A DNA stretch of 64,000 nt from Elusimicrobiales bacterium (GTDB taxonomy: Bacteria; Elusimicrobiota; Elusimicrobia; Elusimicrobiales; UBA9959), in contig JBAYJD010000004.1 of the NCBI GenBank assembly GCA_041665305.1, positions 27,383-91,382 of the forward strand, read 5' to 3'. Shown piece after piece: positions 44,173 to 53,372 of the stretch; within the stretch, counting starts at the first letter, position 1, and every line of letters starts with the position of its first letter. Both the position numbers and the translations under genes were made by a program. The notes under the pieces were generated by a model that was not told the DNA's origin, ran no database searches, and worked only from the letters and a program-made list of their open reading frames with translations.

Positions 44173-44191
44173 ATTCATTTCCCGCCGCCGG

Positions 44192-45181
44192 CTACTTGTT
44201 CAGCAGCACTATATCTATGCGCTGCTGGGGAAAGCTGTCGTCCATACCTTCGGCGCTGATAACGCTTTCTCCGGCCATCAGCTCCTTTTTAAGGAATCCT
44301 TTGATCTGATCGGCCTGCAGTTCCGCCAGGTCTTTCGTCTGGGCGTAAACCGTGACCTTGACCGGCATATTGTAATACCGCCGCTTTATAAGGTCGCAGG
44401 TGGCGGAGAGCAGCACTTCGCCCTGCGTCTTGTCGATGGTTTTCATGGACTTCGTGGGCCCGAAAAGAGCCGTCGAATCCAGGCTGATATTAAGATTGCT
44501 CCCTTTTTGAAAAACGATGGCCGTGAACTTGATGATCTCTCCGATCACCGTCTTGGGCGTTCCGGCCTCGTCCACGAAAACATAGACCGGGGCGTAATTA
44601 TGGCCGGCGCTCAGCCATTCCTTCTGGTCGTTCTCTCCGGTCCAGCTTATGGATTCCGGCGGCAGGCCTGAGCCCGAATACTTGTGAAAGATCTTCCCTT
44701 CCTCGTCCGTGACCGAAAGGGTCCACTGTATCTCTTTGGCGGCCTTTTCCGTGAAATTTTTACTGAAGACCTCCTCGAATTTTTTCAGCGGATAAAAAAC
44801 TATCACTGTCTTGTCGCTGAAACCCGCCCTCCAGGGCTGAATGACGCCGTCCGTGAACAGTTTGTCCGGATAATTGCGGGACAGGCTTATGAACTCCCCG
44901 GATTCGAACAGGAAAAGGTCCTTGTCCGGCTCAAGCGATTTCCTGATGCTCTCAAAATCATCCGTGGCGATCTTCAACGGCGGCTTGGCCGTGCGGAGCT
45001 TGTCTTCGCCTTCTGATTTGACGACTATCTCCTCGGGGACTTCATTGTAGGTCACGGTCGAGGCGGCGACCTGCGCCTCCTGGGCGCGCGCGGCGGCGGG
45101 CCACGCTCCGCAGGCCGCGAACTGGCCGGCCAGGAATAAAGACAAAACGCTTAAAAACCGTCCGTGAATATTTGTCGTCAT
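44192..45181 (-). CDS. Secreted hypothetical protein (possible divergent OmpA/Pal-like C-terminus)
   Basis: Start taken at ATG 45181 (AAAGGAAAA RBS), which gives a signal peptide ([34 protein letters not shown]). The C-terminus ends in ...RIDIVLLNK. The gene directly follows the TonB-like gene. Confidence 0.45.
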   Translation of the reverse strand: MTTNIHGRFLSVLSLFLAGQFAACGAWPAAARAQEAQVAASTVTYNEVPEEIVVKSEGEDKLRTAKPPLKIATDDFESIRKSLEPDKDLFLFESGEFISLSRNYPDKLFTDGVIQPWRAGFSDKTVIVFYPLKKFEEVFSKNFTEKAAKEIQWTLSVTDEEGKIFHKYSGSGLPPESISWTGENDQKEWLSAGHNYAPVYVFVDEAGTPKTVIGEIIKFTAIVFQKGSNLNISLDSTALFGPTKSMKTIDKTQGEVLLSATCDLIKRRYYNMPVKVTVYAQTKDLAELQADQIKGFLKKELMAGESVISAEGMDDSFPQQRIDIVLLNK

Positions 45182-45246
45182 AATTGTTTTCCTTTTTCCT
45201 GAAACATCAAATGTCGTAAGACGACATTTTAAAGAACAATTCCCCT

Positions 45247-46338
45247 CTAATCCGTCACGAACCTGAAGGTGATTATTCCCCACTGGCGGGAGGCGGCGCC
45301 GGAGAACGGTTCGAACCGCCACCGTTTTATAGCCTCCATGGCGCTCCGGTCCAGAGCGCCGTAGCCGGAAGTTTTTTCAACCGAGGCGTTGTCCAGGACC
45401 CGGCCCGTATTGTCGACGTAAAACTTGATGGCCACCGAGGCCTCAAGCAGGCCGCGTTCGCGCGCCCAGGCGGGGAAGTCCGGCACGAAATATTTAAGCA
45501 CCTTCCGCTTTGAAAGCGGCCCTTCTATTTCCACTTTTTTCGTTTCTTCGGCCTGCTTCATGGAAGCGCTTTTCAGCCCGCCCAGGCCGGCGGCCGACAG
45601 CGACGGTTTCGCCCTTAGCCCCCTCGTCAGGCTTTCCGCCGGAGCGACGCGGGCCTCGGCCAGCCGCTCCGGCATGGCGGGGGCGAGCCGGGCGCTTTCG
45701 CGCATGGCGGCCGCGCCGCCCTGCCTTTCGGAAAGCCCCTGCGGCAGGGCGGAAACTTTTTTGGCCCTGTCCACCGCGATATTAAGTTCCTGCATGGTTT
45801 GCGGCGTGAAGGACCGGGCGTTCTCGTCGAATTTGAGATTATCGGGGAGCGTCGGCGCCCGCTTCATTCCCACTTCCTCCAGCTCTATTTTAGGCGCCAG
45901 GGCGGCGGCGGAGCGTTCCGCCTTGATGCCCAGGTCCGCGCTCAGGGCCGAGGTTTCCCGCCTGGCGGCGTTCATATCGAGGCGCTCCTGAGCCTGCACG
46001 CGGCCGGAGCGTTCCAGTAATTTTTGCGGCAGTTCAAAATTCTTCCTGCGCGCTTCGGGCGCTTTTATGTCGATCACCGGCGGTTTGGGGGCCGGGGCGG
46101 CCTCTATCTTGGGGATCTTGGGCAGGGCCAGCTTTAAAAAATCCAGCGTTTTGTTGCCGGGAGCCCTGGGAACACGGGCCTCTTTTTCCTGAAGCAGCAG
46201 ATCCACATTGCTTATGACGATATTCCTGGTCTCCGGCGCCAGCAGCACAAAATTAAGATAAAGGAAGAACAGAAGCCCGTGGAATAGAACGGCTCCGATC
46301 GCGGCGTATATGAGCGTTTTATCGGAATCGGAATGCAT
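45247..46338 (-). CDS. TonB/TolA-like energy transducer
   Basis: N-terminal TM helix, long Pro/Ala/Lys-rich linker, and a C-terminal TonB_C-like domain (ASVAIKFYVDNTGRV...ALDRSAMEAIKRWRFEP). Confidence 0.7.
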   Translation of the reverse strand: MHSDSDKTLIYAAIGAVLFHGLLFFLYLNFVLLAPETRNIVISNVDLLLQEKEARVPRAPGNKTLDFLKLALPKIPKIEAAPAPKPPVIDIKAPEARRKNFELPQKLLERSGRVQAQERLDMNAARRETSALSADLGIKAERSAAALAPKIELEEVGMKRAPTLPDNLKFDENARSFTPQTMQELNIAVDRAKKVSALPQGLSERQGGAAAMRESARLAPAMPERLAEARVAPAESLTRGLRAKPSLSAAGLGGLKSASMKQAEETKKVEIEGPLSKRKVLKYFVPDFPAWARERGLLEASVAIKFYVDNTGRVLDNASVEKTSGYGALDRSAMEAIKRWRFEPFSGAASRQWGIITFRFVTD

Positions 46339-46389
46339 AATTAAAATACCGGCCTGCGGCGCGCCGCCCGCCGAAGGAACAGCCGCGGG

Positions 46390-46806
46390 CTATTTCTTCT
46401 TTGTCTGTTCCGTGGCTATCGTGATACTTGCGGCGCCGGCTTCTTTTGAGCGCTGCATGACCTCCGTAAGCAGCCCGTAACCGGCGGCCTGGTCGGCCTT
46501 GATGACCACGAGTTTATAGCCGCTGTCCCGGATCGCGCGGTCCAGCGCCGCGTAAAAATCGTCTTTGACCGTGAATTCCTTTTCGTTGACGGCGTATTTG
46601 GCTTCTTTGGCCAGGGAAACCACTATTTTTTCCTTCTCCTCCCCTTCCTGGGTCCGCGCGCGCGGCAAGTTCACCTTGAAGACCGGGTCCGACAGGAGCG
46701 GGGCGGTGACCATAAAAATTATGACCAGCACCAGGCAGACGTCCACCAAAGGCGTGACATTGATGCCGGTGACCAGATCCGTGTCGTCCTCGGTTTTAAA
46801 AGCCAT
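46390..46806 (-). CDS. exbD: ExbD/TolR biopolymer transport protein
   Basis: INVTPLVDVCLVLVIIFMV signature. 138 aa. Confidence 0.85.
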   Translation of the reverse strand: MAFKTEDDTDLVTGINVTPLVDVCLVLVIIFMVTAPLLSDPVFKVNLPRARTQEGEEKEKIVVSLAKEAKYAVNEKEFTVKDDFYAALDRAIRDSGYKLVVIKADQAAGYGLLTEVMQRSKEAGAASITIATEQTKKK

Positions 46807-46809
46807 ATA

Positions 46810-47214
46810 TTAATTTTTCATCAGCGCCATTTTCAGGGCGCCGGCCTGTTTTGAGAGGTCCATCAGGCCGACCACCTCGCCGACCTTGTTGCCGTCGTCG
46901 GCTTTGATGATAACGAATTTATCTTTGCTGGCCGTAAGCGCCTGCGCTATGCGCGCCGGAAACTCCAGGGCCGGGACCGCCGCGCCGTTAAGTTTTATCT
47001 CTCCGGCGGAGTTAAGTTTTACCTGAATGCTTTCCGATAACGAAACTTTGCCCACCTGGGCGCTGGCCTTGGATTGAAGCACTTTGATGCCGGACTGGAT
47101 CGCGAACGGGGCCACGGCCATAAAAATAATGACCAGCACCAGCGACACATCCACAAGGGGCGTGACATTGATGTCGGTTATCGCTTCGTCTGATTTGCTT
47201 GTGGAAAAACCCAT
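46810..47214 (-). CDS. exbD: ExbD/TolR biopolymer transport protein (second copy)
   Basis: INVTPLVDVSLVLVIIFMA signature. 134 aa. Confidence 0.85.
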   Translation of the reverse strand: MGFSTSKSDEAITDINVTPLVDVSLVLVIIFMAVAPFAIQSGIKVLQSKASAQVGKVSLSESIQVKLNSAGEIKLNGAAVPALEFPARIAQALTASKDKFVIIKADDGNKVGEVVGLMDLSKQAGALKMALMKN

Positions 47215-47288
47215 AAATTCACGATGCGTAAAGCGCGGCTTGGCGCAAAACGACGGGGGTTTTCTTTACGCTTTGTTCCCCGTTGATC

Positions 47289-47906
47289 CTATTTGGTCCC
47301 CATCGTTATTATCAGGCGGGAGGAGAAGATCTCCAGTTCGCTCATGATAACTTTTACGCGGCGCGTGAAATAGTTGTAAATAACGACCGCGGGAATAGCC
47401 ACGGCCAGGCCCGCCGCGGTGGCGACCAGGGCTTCGGCTATGCCCCTGGCGACCACCGTGGGGCCGCCGACGCCGGAAAGCGCCAGGTCGCGGAAAGCCT
47501 TTATGATGCCTACCACCGTGCCGAAGAGCCCGATGAACGGCGCGATATTGCCCATGGTGCCCAGCACTCCGAGCAGCCTTTCAAGGTTAAGCTTCTCTTC
47601 CTGGCGTTTGGTGGCCAGCAGCTCTTCTATATCGCGTTTGGGCATTTCGCGGTGGCGCAGGGCATAATTGAACAGCCTTGAAACCGGGGAATCTATCCTG
47701 GCGGTGTACTCAAGGGCTTTGTCCGCTTTTCCTTCTTTAAGCAGGCCGCTTATATGAGCCAGGAAATCGTCGACTTTACCGTGCCGTGCTTTCCTAAAGA
47801 ACCACCAGCGTTCGAAAGCTACTGTAAAAGAAAGCAGGGAACAGCAGATCAGGATGATCAGCGTAAAACTATCCCTTAAAATGTTCAGATAATTGATGTT
47901 TTCCAT
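47289..47906 (-). CDS. exbB: MotA/TolQ/ExbB proton-channel protein
   Basis: [24 protein letters not shown] signature. Start taken at ATG 47906, preceded by GGAGG. Confidence 0.85.
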   Translation of the reverse strand: MENINYLNILRDSFTLIILICCSLLSFTVAFERWWFFRKARHGKVDDFLAHISGLLKEGKADKALEYTARIDSPVSRLFNYALRHREMPKRDIEELLATKRQEEKLNLERLLGVLGTMGNIAPFIGLFGTVVGIIKAFRDLALSGVGGPTVVARGIAEALVATAAGLAVAIPAVVIYNYFTRRVKVIMSELEIFSSRLIITMGTK

Positions 47907-47960
47907 AATGACCTCCGCACCTAGTGTAGCGTCTCGCAAACGGCTTTATTGCGGTGAAAT

Positions 47961-50900
47961 TTAGTTCCCCGGCTCCGTCCCCGCGCCGCGCAGCCCCGGC
48001 AGGTCGTCGACCTTTACCGGGGTTTTGGTTTTGCCGCCCCGTTTTAAGGCCTTTTCAGGAGCCGCCGGTTTTTCCTCGGCGGCGGCGGACGGCTTCTCTT
48101 CTTTCTTTGCGGGGCCGGACTTTTCCGGATAAGTCATGCGGATAAGCGCCTTGGCCCGTTCGGCCGCGGCCTTGGCCACTTCCGGAGCGGCCGCGTTCTT
48201 TGAAATATCTTCGTAGATCCGGGCCGCCTCTGGGTAGTTCTTCTCCCCCTCGTAAATTTCGCCGAGCTTGACCAGGCCCTGGAGCCGCCAGGCGCTGTTG
48301 GAGGGTTTCTGGAGCGACAACCTCTCCCAATAGTCGCGCGCCTCGTCAGCCTGCTTGTTCTCCAGGCTGATCTCACCCATCTGGTAGAGCGCTTCCAGCG
48401 CGTCTTCCTTGCCTTCAGCCTCGCCGTAGATCCCGGAGAGTGTTTTAAGGGAGCCTGCCAGGTCGCCCCGGATCTTCTGGATGTTGAAGATCTCCCAAAG
48501 GGCGCTTAAAGCCTCTTCCGACTTGCCCGACAGCTCATAATACCGGCGATAGGTCTCCTCCGCCAGGTCGGTGGCGCCGGTGTTCTTATAGCAGAGCGCC
48601 AGGTTAAAAAGGGCGGGCTTGATATATTCGTTATCCGGATAGAGCTCGGCCAGTTTGGAGTACGCTTTGGCGGCGGGCTCGTATTTTTTGCCGTTATAAT
48701 AGGCGTTGCCCAGCCTGAAAAGAGCGAGCGGGTGCTCCTTGGCTTCGGGGTAATTGGCCGCGAAGCGCTCGAACACGCCGGCGGCGTTCTCCATGTCGCC
48801 GGTCTGGAAATACGCCTCGCCCAGGTAGAACTGAGCGTCCTTGACCGAGGAATGGTCGATATATTCTACGCAGAATTTTTTCAGGTACTCGACGGCGCCG
48901 GGATAATCTTTCTTCTCGAACAGGCGGCGGCCCAGGCGGAACAGGGCCTCTCCCGAAGATTTGGTTCCGGGCCCAAGGGCGGAAAGTCCGAGGAAATAAG
49001 CCTTGAAATCCATGGCGGGGGCGCGGTCGAAGACCACTTCCGCCAGGTCGAATGCGTCATAGGCCTCGGGGGCGTCCGGGAAATCGGCGACCACGGTCCT
49101 GGCCTGCTCCACCGCCTGGGCGTCCTGCTTCAGGTTATAATAGACCTGCGCCACGCGCAGATAGGCGAGCGGAAGCTGGCGGCTTTTGGGATACCTGGCT
49201 ATGATGGCGTTGTAAGCGGCAATGCTGTCGTCGTACTTCTGGGCCCTGAAATAAGTGTCGGCGGTCTGGAAATCGGCCAGTTCGGTCTCGGGGGCGGACG
49301 GGTAATTTTTCGAAAGTTTGACCCACTGCTCCACGGCCTGGGTATAGTAGCGCAACCGGTAGAGCGCGAGACCCGCCCGGTAAAGCGCGCCGGCGGCGTA
49401 GGAACTGGCCGCGTTCTCGGCGGCGAACTTATCGTAAAGCTGATAAGCCTTCTCGAACTCCTTCTGGTTGAAGTAGCTGTCGGCCGTCGCCAGGGACTCC
49501 ACGCCTTCGGCTTTCGGCAGATCGGGGAAGGCCGCGCGCATGGTCTTAAGTTTATCCCCGGCCTTCACGGCCGCTTCGGCGTCCCCGGCCAGGGCGTTGC
49601 ACCAGACCAGGCCTTCCTGCGCGTAAATGGAGGAAACATCATTGGGGTAGATACGCGTCACGGTGTTATAGATGTTCCGGGCGTCGTCCGTCAGGTTAAG
49701 CGCCATATAGGCCTCGGCGACATACAGGAGGCTGAGCGCGCGCCACTTGGAGCCCACCGGGGGCAGGTGCTTGAAAATGAACTGGTAGGAGGTGAGGATA
49801 TTGTTATAGTTCCCGCGCGCGTATTCGGTCCGCAGGATCATAAAAAGCGACTGCTCGGCCGTCTCGCTGGAAGGCGACAGGTCGACCGCGCTCTGGAAAG
49901 CCCGCAGGGCCTCCTGGTTTTTTTTAAGCGCCAGATAAACGTTGCCGGAAAGATACCAGGCGTTCTTGGCCAGGGCGTGGCCGGGATAGAGGACGAGAAA
50001 ATTCTCCAGCGCGTGCACGGCCTGGAGGTAATCGTTGAGGAGATACTGGCACCAGGCGAGCTTATACTGGGAGGCCGGGGCGACCGAGGAACCGGCGTAA
50101 TTCACGGTGATCTTCGTATAGGCGAACAGCGCGTCCCTGGTCTGGTTGTTCTCCAGATAGGACTCGGCGATGAAGAACTGGGCGTACGGGGCGAAAAAAT
50201 CCTGGGGGCTCCGGTCTATGATGCTCTGAAAATTGGAACGCGCGCTGGGATAATCCTTCTTGTTGAATTGCGAGGCGCCGATGCGGAAAACAGCGGCGCT
50301 CTTAAGCTTGGAAGCCGGATATTTTTTAAGGAAACCCTGGTACTTGGCGATGGCCCCGTCGAAATCCTTGGCGTAAAAGAACGAATCGGCCGTAAGGAAT
50401 TCCGCCTCTTCCCTGTAATCGGACTGGGGATAATCTTTAAGCAGTTTTTCGAACACGCCCGCCGCCATATAGGTCTTGCCCTCGTACAGATAGGACTTTC
50501 CGAGGAAGAACCGGGCCTGGACCGTGTCCAGTTGGGCGAACATCTTCTGCGCGGCGACATAATTCTTGCGGTTCATTTCTATGACCGCCTTGGCGAAGAT
50601 CACCGACGGGTCCCGCGCGTAGGGAAGGTAGGTTTCCTCCAGATGAAAAAGCATGGACTGCGCCGTCTGGAACCTGCCGGCGGCGATATTGGCGTACACC
50701 ACGCCCAGAAGGCTGACCGGCACGATGTAGCTGCCCGGATACTTGTCCTCCACCCGCCCGAATTCCTTGATCGCGCGCTCCCAATACCCCATGTTATAAT
50801 ACGCCTCGCCGATACGGTACTGGGCCGAAGCTTCCAGCCCCGACTTCTTATAGTCCTCTATGACCTTAAGGTAGGCCGCCGCGGCGTTGTTAAGCTCGGC

Positions 50901-51221
50901 TATGGCCAGCGGATTGGCTCCCGCCAGCACCCTGGCGTCGGAAGAGATCTTGGAAAGCTTTTCCTGGCGCAGAAGCCCGAGGCCTTTGGACATATACGCC
51001 TCGCCCTGCATGAACCGCGCGTCCACGGCGCGCAGGCTCTTGGGGTATTTTGCTATGAATTTGTCGAAGGAATCCACGACCGCGGACCGGTCGGAGGAGG
51101 CGCGATAAATGTCCGCTAGGTTCTGAAAAGCGGCCTCATCCTCGCTAAGCTGCGCGGAGGCAGGCCCCGAGCGCGCTACGACCGGCGCGAGCAGGAGTAA
51201 AGCCAGGAAAATAATTTTCAT
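47961..51221 (-). CDS. Very large secreted tetratricopeptide-repeat protein
   Basis: Signal peptide MKIIFLALLLLAPVVARSGPASA, dozens of TPR-like A..Y/F..G.Y..A units, and a Lys/Pro/Ala-rich tail. Start taken at ATG 51221, after the thrS stop. Confidence 0.75.
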   Translation of the reverse strand: MKIIFLALLLLAPVVARSGPASAQLSEDEAAFQNLADIYRASSDRSAVVDSFDKFIAKYPKSLRAVDARFMQGEAYMSKGLGLLRQEKLSKISSDARVLAGANPLAIAELNNAAAAYLKVIEDYKKSGLEASAQYRIGEAYYNMGYWERAIKEFGRVEDKYPGSYIVPVSLLGVVYANIAAGRFQTAQSMLFHLEETYLPYARDPSVIFAKAVIEMNRKNYVAAQKMFAQLDTVQARFFLGKSYLYEGKTYMAAGVFEKLLKDYPQSDYREEAEFLTADSFFYAKDFDGAIAKYQGFLKKYPASKLKSAAVFRIGASQFNKKDYPSARSNFQSIIDRSPQDFFAPYAQFFIAESYLENNQTRDALFAYTKITVNYAGSSVAPASQYKLAWCQYLLNDYLQAVHALENFLVLYPGHALAKNAWYLSGNVYLALKKNQEALRAFQSAVDLSPSSETAEQSLFMILRTEYARGNYNNILTSYQFIFKHLPPVGSKWRALSLLYVAEAYMALNLTDDARNIYNTVTRIYPNDVSSIYAQEGLVWCNALAGDAEAAVKAGDKLKTMRAAFPDLPKAEGVESLATADSYFNQKEFEKAYQLYDKFAAENAASSYAAGALYRAGLALYRLRYYTQAVEQWVKLSKNYPSAPETELADFQTADTYFRAQKYDDSIAAYNAIIARYPKSRQLPLAYLRVAQVYYNLKQDAQAVEQARTVVADFPDAPEAYDAFDLAEVVFDRAPAMDFKAYFLGLSALGPGTKSSGEALFRLGRRLFEKKDYPGAVEYLKKFCVEYIDHSSVKDAQFYLGEAYFQTGDMENAAGVFERFAANYPEAKEHPLALFRLGNAYYNGKKYEPAAKAYSKLAELYPDNEYIKPALFNLALCYKNTGATDLAEETYRRYYELSGKSEEALSALWEIFNIQKIRGDLAGSLKTLSGIYGEAEGKEDALEALYQMGEISLENKQADEARDYWERLSLQKPSNSAWRLQGLVKLGEIYEGEKNYPEAARIYEDISKNAAAPEVAKAAAERAKALIRMTYPEKSGPAKKEEKPSAAAEEKPAAPEKALKRGGKTKTPVKVDDLPGLRGAGTEPGN

Positions 51222-51232
51222 ATCACCCCGCA

Positions 51233-53005
51233 TTAACAATAGGAACCGGCAAGCCTTCTTTCGGCGGCCTCTTTAACGAGGTTAGCCGTCACTTCTCCGG
51301 GGTCCAGGCCGTAAATATTCTTATTGCCCCGCAGCCGCAGGGAAACCTTCCCTTCGGCCCGTTCGTTCTTGCCGACGATAAGCGCGTAAGGCACTTTTTC
51401 GTTCGCGGCGGCGCGGACCTTGGCCGAGATGGTATCGGAACGGAGATCGGCGACGGCTCTAAGACCCGCGGACTTCAACCTGGCCGTGAGCTCCCCCGCG
51501 TACCCCTCCTCGGCGGAAGTGATGTTCAAAACCTTGATCTGCACCGGGGAAAGCCAAAGCGGAAAATTGCCGGCGAAGTGCTCTATCAGGAAGCCTATGA
51601 ACCGCTCATGCGTGCCCAGCGGCGCCCGGTGGATGCAAAGCGGGATCTTTTCCGAACCGTCCGAATCCTTGTAGGCCAGGTTGAAACGGCCGGGAACCAC
51701 GAAGTCCACCTGGTTGGTGGCGAGAGTGAATTCCTTGCCGATGGCGCTCCAGATCTGGACGTCTATCTTGGGACCGTAGAACGCCGCCTCGTTGGGGACT
51801 TCCTTGTAGGCAAGGCCCCCCTCCCGCAGGCATTTGAGGACCATCGCCTCCGTGCTCTTCCAAAGTTCCGGTTCGTCCACATATTTCTTGCCCAGCCCCT
51901 CCGCCGCGTGGGTGCTGAACCGCATCAGATATTTTTCAATGCCGAAGATCCTGAAGTAGTCGGTGTACATCCGCGCCACGCCCAGGAATTCCTCCTGGAA
52001 CTGCTCCGGCGTGCAATAGATATGGGCGTCGTTCATCTGGAGGGACCGGACGCGCATAAGGCCGAACAGCTCGCCGGATTGTTCGTAACGGTAGCAGGTG
52101 CCGTACTCCGCCATTCTTACGGGCAGGTCGCGGTAACTGCGGGGCTTGGAACCGAAGATCTTGTGATGGTGCGGACAGTTCATGGGCTTAAGGCAGTATT
52201 TCACGCCGTCGATATCCATGGGAGGGAACATGCTGTCGGCGTAATATGGAAGATGCCCGCTGCGCAGATAGATGGCCTCTTTGGCCAGATGGGGGGTTTT
52301 CACGCGCACATAGCCGGCGCGGCCTTCGGTTTCCTTGGCCAACCGCTCTATTTCCTCTATTATGACCGCGCCGTTGGGCAGCCACAGAGGAAGGCCGGGG
52401 CCGACCTCTTCGTCGAAGGTAAAAAGTTCCAGCTGTTTGCCGAGCTTGCGGTGGTCGCGTTTGGCGGCCTCTTCCTGCTGCTTAAGATGGGCGTCAAGTT
52501 CTTCTTTGGTTTCAAAAGCCACGGCGTAGATGCGCTGGAGCATGGGCCGCTTCTCATCTCCGCGCCAATAGGCCCCGGCTATGGAAACAAGTTTGTATGC
52601 TTTGAGCTGGCCGGTATGCTGCACATGAGGGCCGCGGCACAGGTCCTCGAAAGGGCCGTTCTTGTAAATGCTGATGGGTTCCGAGGCCGGGAGATCGGTG
52701 ATAAGCTCGACCTTGAACTTCTCCCCCCTCTCTTCGAAATGTTTCAGCGCTTCTTCCCGCGGAAGTTCGACGCGCTCGAACTTCTGGGCCTGCGCGATGA
52801 TGTGCTTCATCTTCTTTTCTATTTTGGGCAGGTCTTCGGGGGTAAAATGGTGCGCGGAGTCAAAATCATAATAGAAGCCGTTCTCAATGGACGGCCCGAT
52901 GGCCAGCCTGGTGCCGGGGAACAGGTCTACCACGGCCTGCGCCATCACATGCGCCAGGGAGTGGCGCATCGTTTCGACAAAACCGTCGTTTTTTTCTTCA
53001 GCCAT
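51233..53005 (-). CDS. thrS: Threonine--tRNA ligase (no N-terminal TGS domain)
   Basis: Starts at the editing-domain motif RHSLAHVMAQA, followed by the class II catalytic core and a C-terminal anticodon-binding domain. Confidence 0.93.
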   Translation of the reverse strand: MAEEKNDGFVETMRHSLAHVMAQAVVDLFPGTRLAIGPSIENGFYYDFDSAHHFTPEDLPKIEKKMKHIIAQAQKFERVELPREEALKHFEERGEKFKVELITDLPASEPISIYKNGPFEDLCRGPHVQHTGQLKAYKLVSIAGAYWRGDEKRPMLQRIYAVAFETKEELDAHLKQQEEAAKRDHRKLGKQLELFTFDEEVGPGLPLWLPNGAVIIEEIERLAKETEGRAGYVRVKTPHLAKEAIYLRSGHLPYYADSMFPPMDIDGVKYCLKPMNCPHHHKIFGSKPRSYRDLPVRMAEYGTCYRYEQSGELFGLMRVRSLQMNDAHIYCTPEQFQEEFLGVARMYTDYFRIFGIEKYLMRFSTHAAEGLGKKYVDEPELWKSTEAMVLKCLREGGLAYKEVPNEAAFYGPKIDVQIWSAIGKEFTLATNQVDFVVPGRFNLAYKDSDGSEKIPLCIHRAPLGTHERFIGFLIEHFAGNFPLWLSPVQIKVLNITSAEEGYAGELTARLKSAGLRAVADLRSDTISAKVRAAANEKVPYALIVGKNERAEGKVSLRLRGNKNIYGLDPGEVTANLVKEAAERRLAGSYC

Positions 53006-53015
53006 AATGAAAAGA

Positions 53016-53077
53016 TAGAGGGCGGGGCAAAAGGGGAAAAAATCCTTATTTCTCTACCCTTTCCCCTCCGCCCTCTA
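53016..53077 (-). terminator. Long imperfect GC-rich hairpin followed by a U-tract, between tRNA-Val and thrS
   Basis: Outer 10-bp stem tagagggcgg (53016-53025) / ccgccctcta (53068-53077), plus an inner AAAGGG/CCCTTT pairing. On the minus strand the stem is followed by TCTTTTCATT and then the thrS ATG. Confidence 0.4.
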
Positions 53078-53091
53078 CCCTGCCGTTAAAA

Positions 53092-53166
53092 TGGTGCCCA
53101 GTATAGGGATCGAACCTATGACCTTTCCCATGTCAAGGGAACGCGCTACCGCTGCGCCAACTGGGC
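53092..53166 (-). tRNA. tRNA-Val (anticodon GAC), CCA encoded
   Basis: Manual cloverleaf fold: 7-bp acceptor stem GCCCAGT/ACTGGGC, D arm GCGC-AGCGGTA-GCGC, anticodon arm TTCCC-TTGACAT-GGGAA, variable loop AGGTC, T arm ATAGG-TTCGATC-CCTAT, discriminator A, CCA. Confidence 0.9.
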
Positions 53167-53293
53167 CCTTGTCGCACCCCGCGCGATGCACATGCGCGGG
53201 GCGGATCGCCGCCGGACCTCTAATGGAAATCGGTCCGGTAAATTGATGGTATCATATACTTTACCGCGTTGGCAATATGACAAACTCGCATTT

Positions 53294-53325
53294 CGGCAAT
53301 TCCGCGGCCGTTCGCGGAATTGCCG
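53294..53325. promoter_or_regulatory. 13-bp perfect stem hairpin in the tRNA-Val / polymerase divergent region
   Basis: cggcaattccgcg gccgtt cgcggaattgccg, ending 47 nt upstream of the Y-family polymerase ATG. Two further hairpins lie at 53177-53201 and 53212-53238. Confidence 0.4.
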
Positions 53326-53372
53326 GGACGGACTGGAATACTTGAGGCGATTAATGATGTAATTTATGCGAT

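Noticed and set aside
53006-53091. T-box leader upstream of thrS.
   Set aside because: The spacer is 86 nt, far shorter than T-box leaders. No specifier-loop or T-box consensus sequence was seen. It is retained only as a generic hairpin finding.
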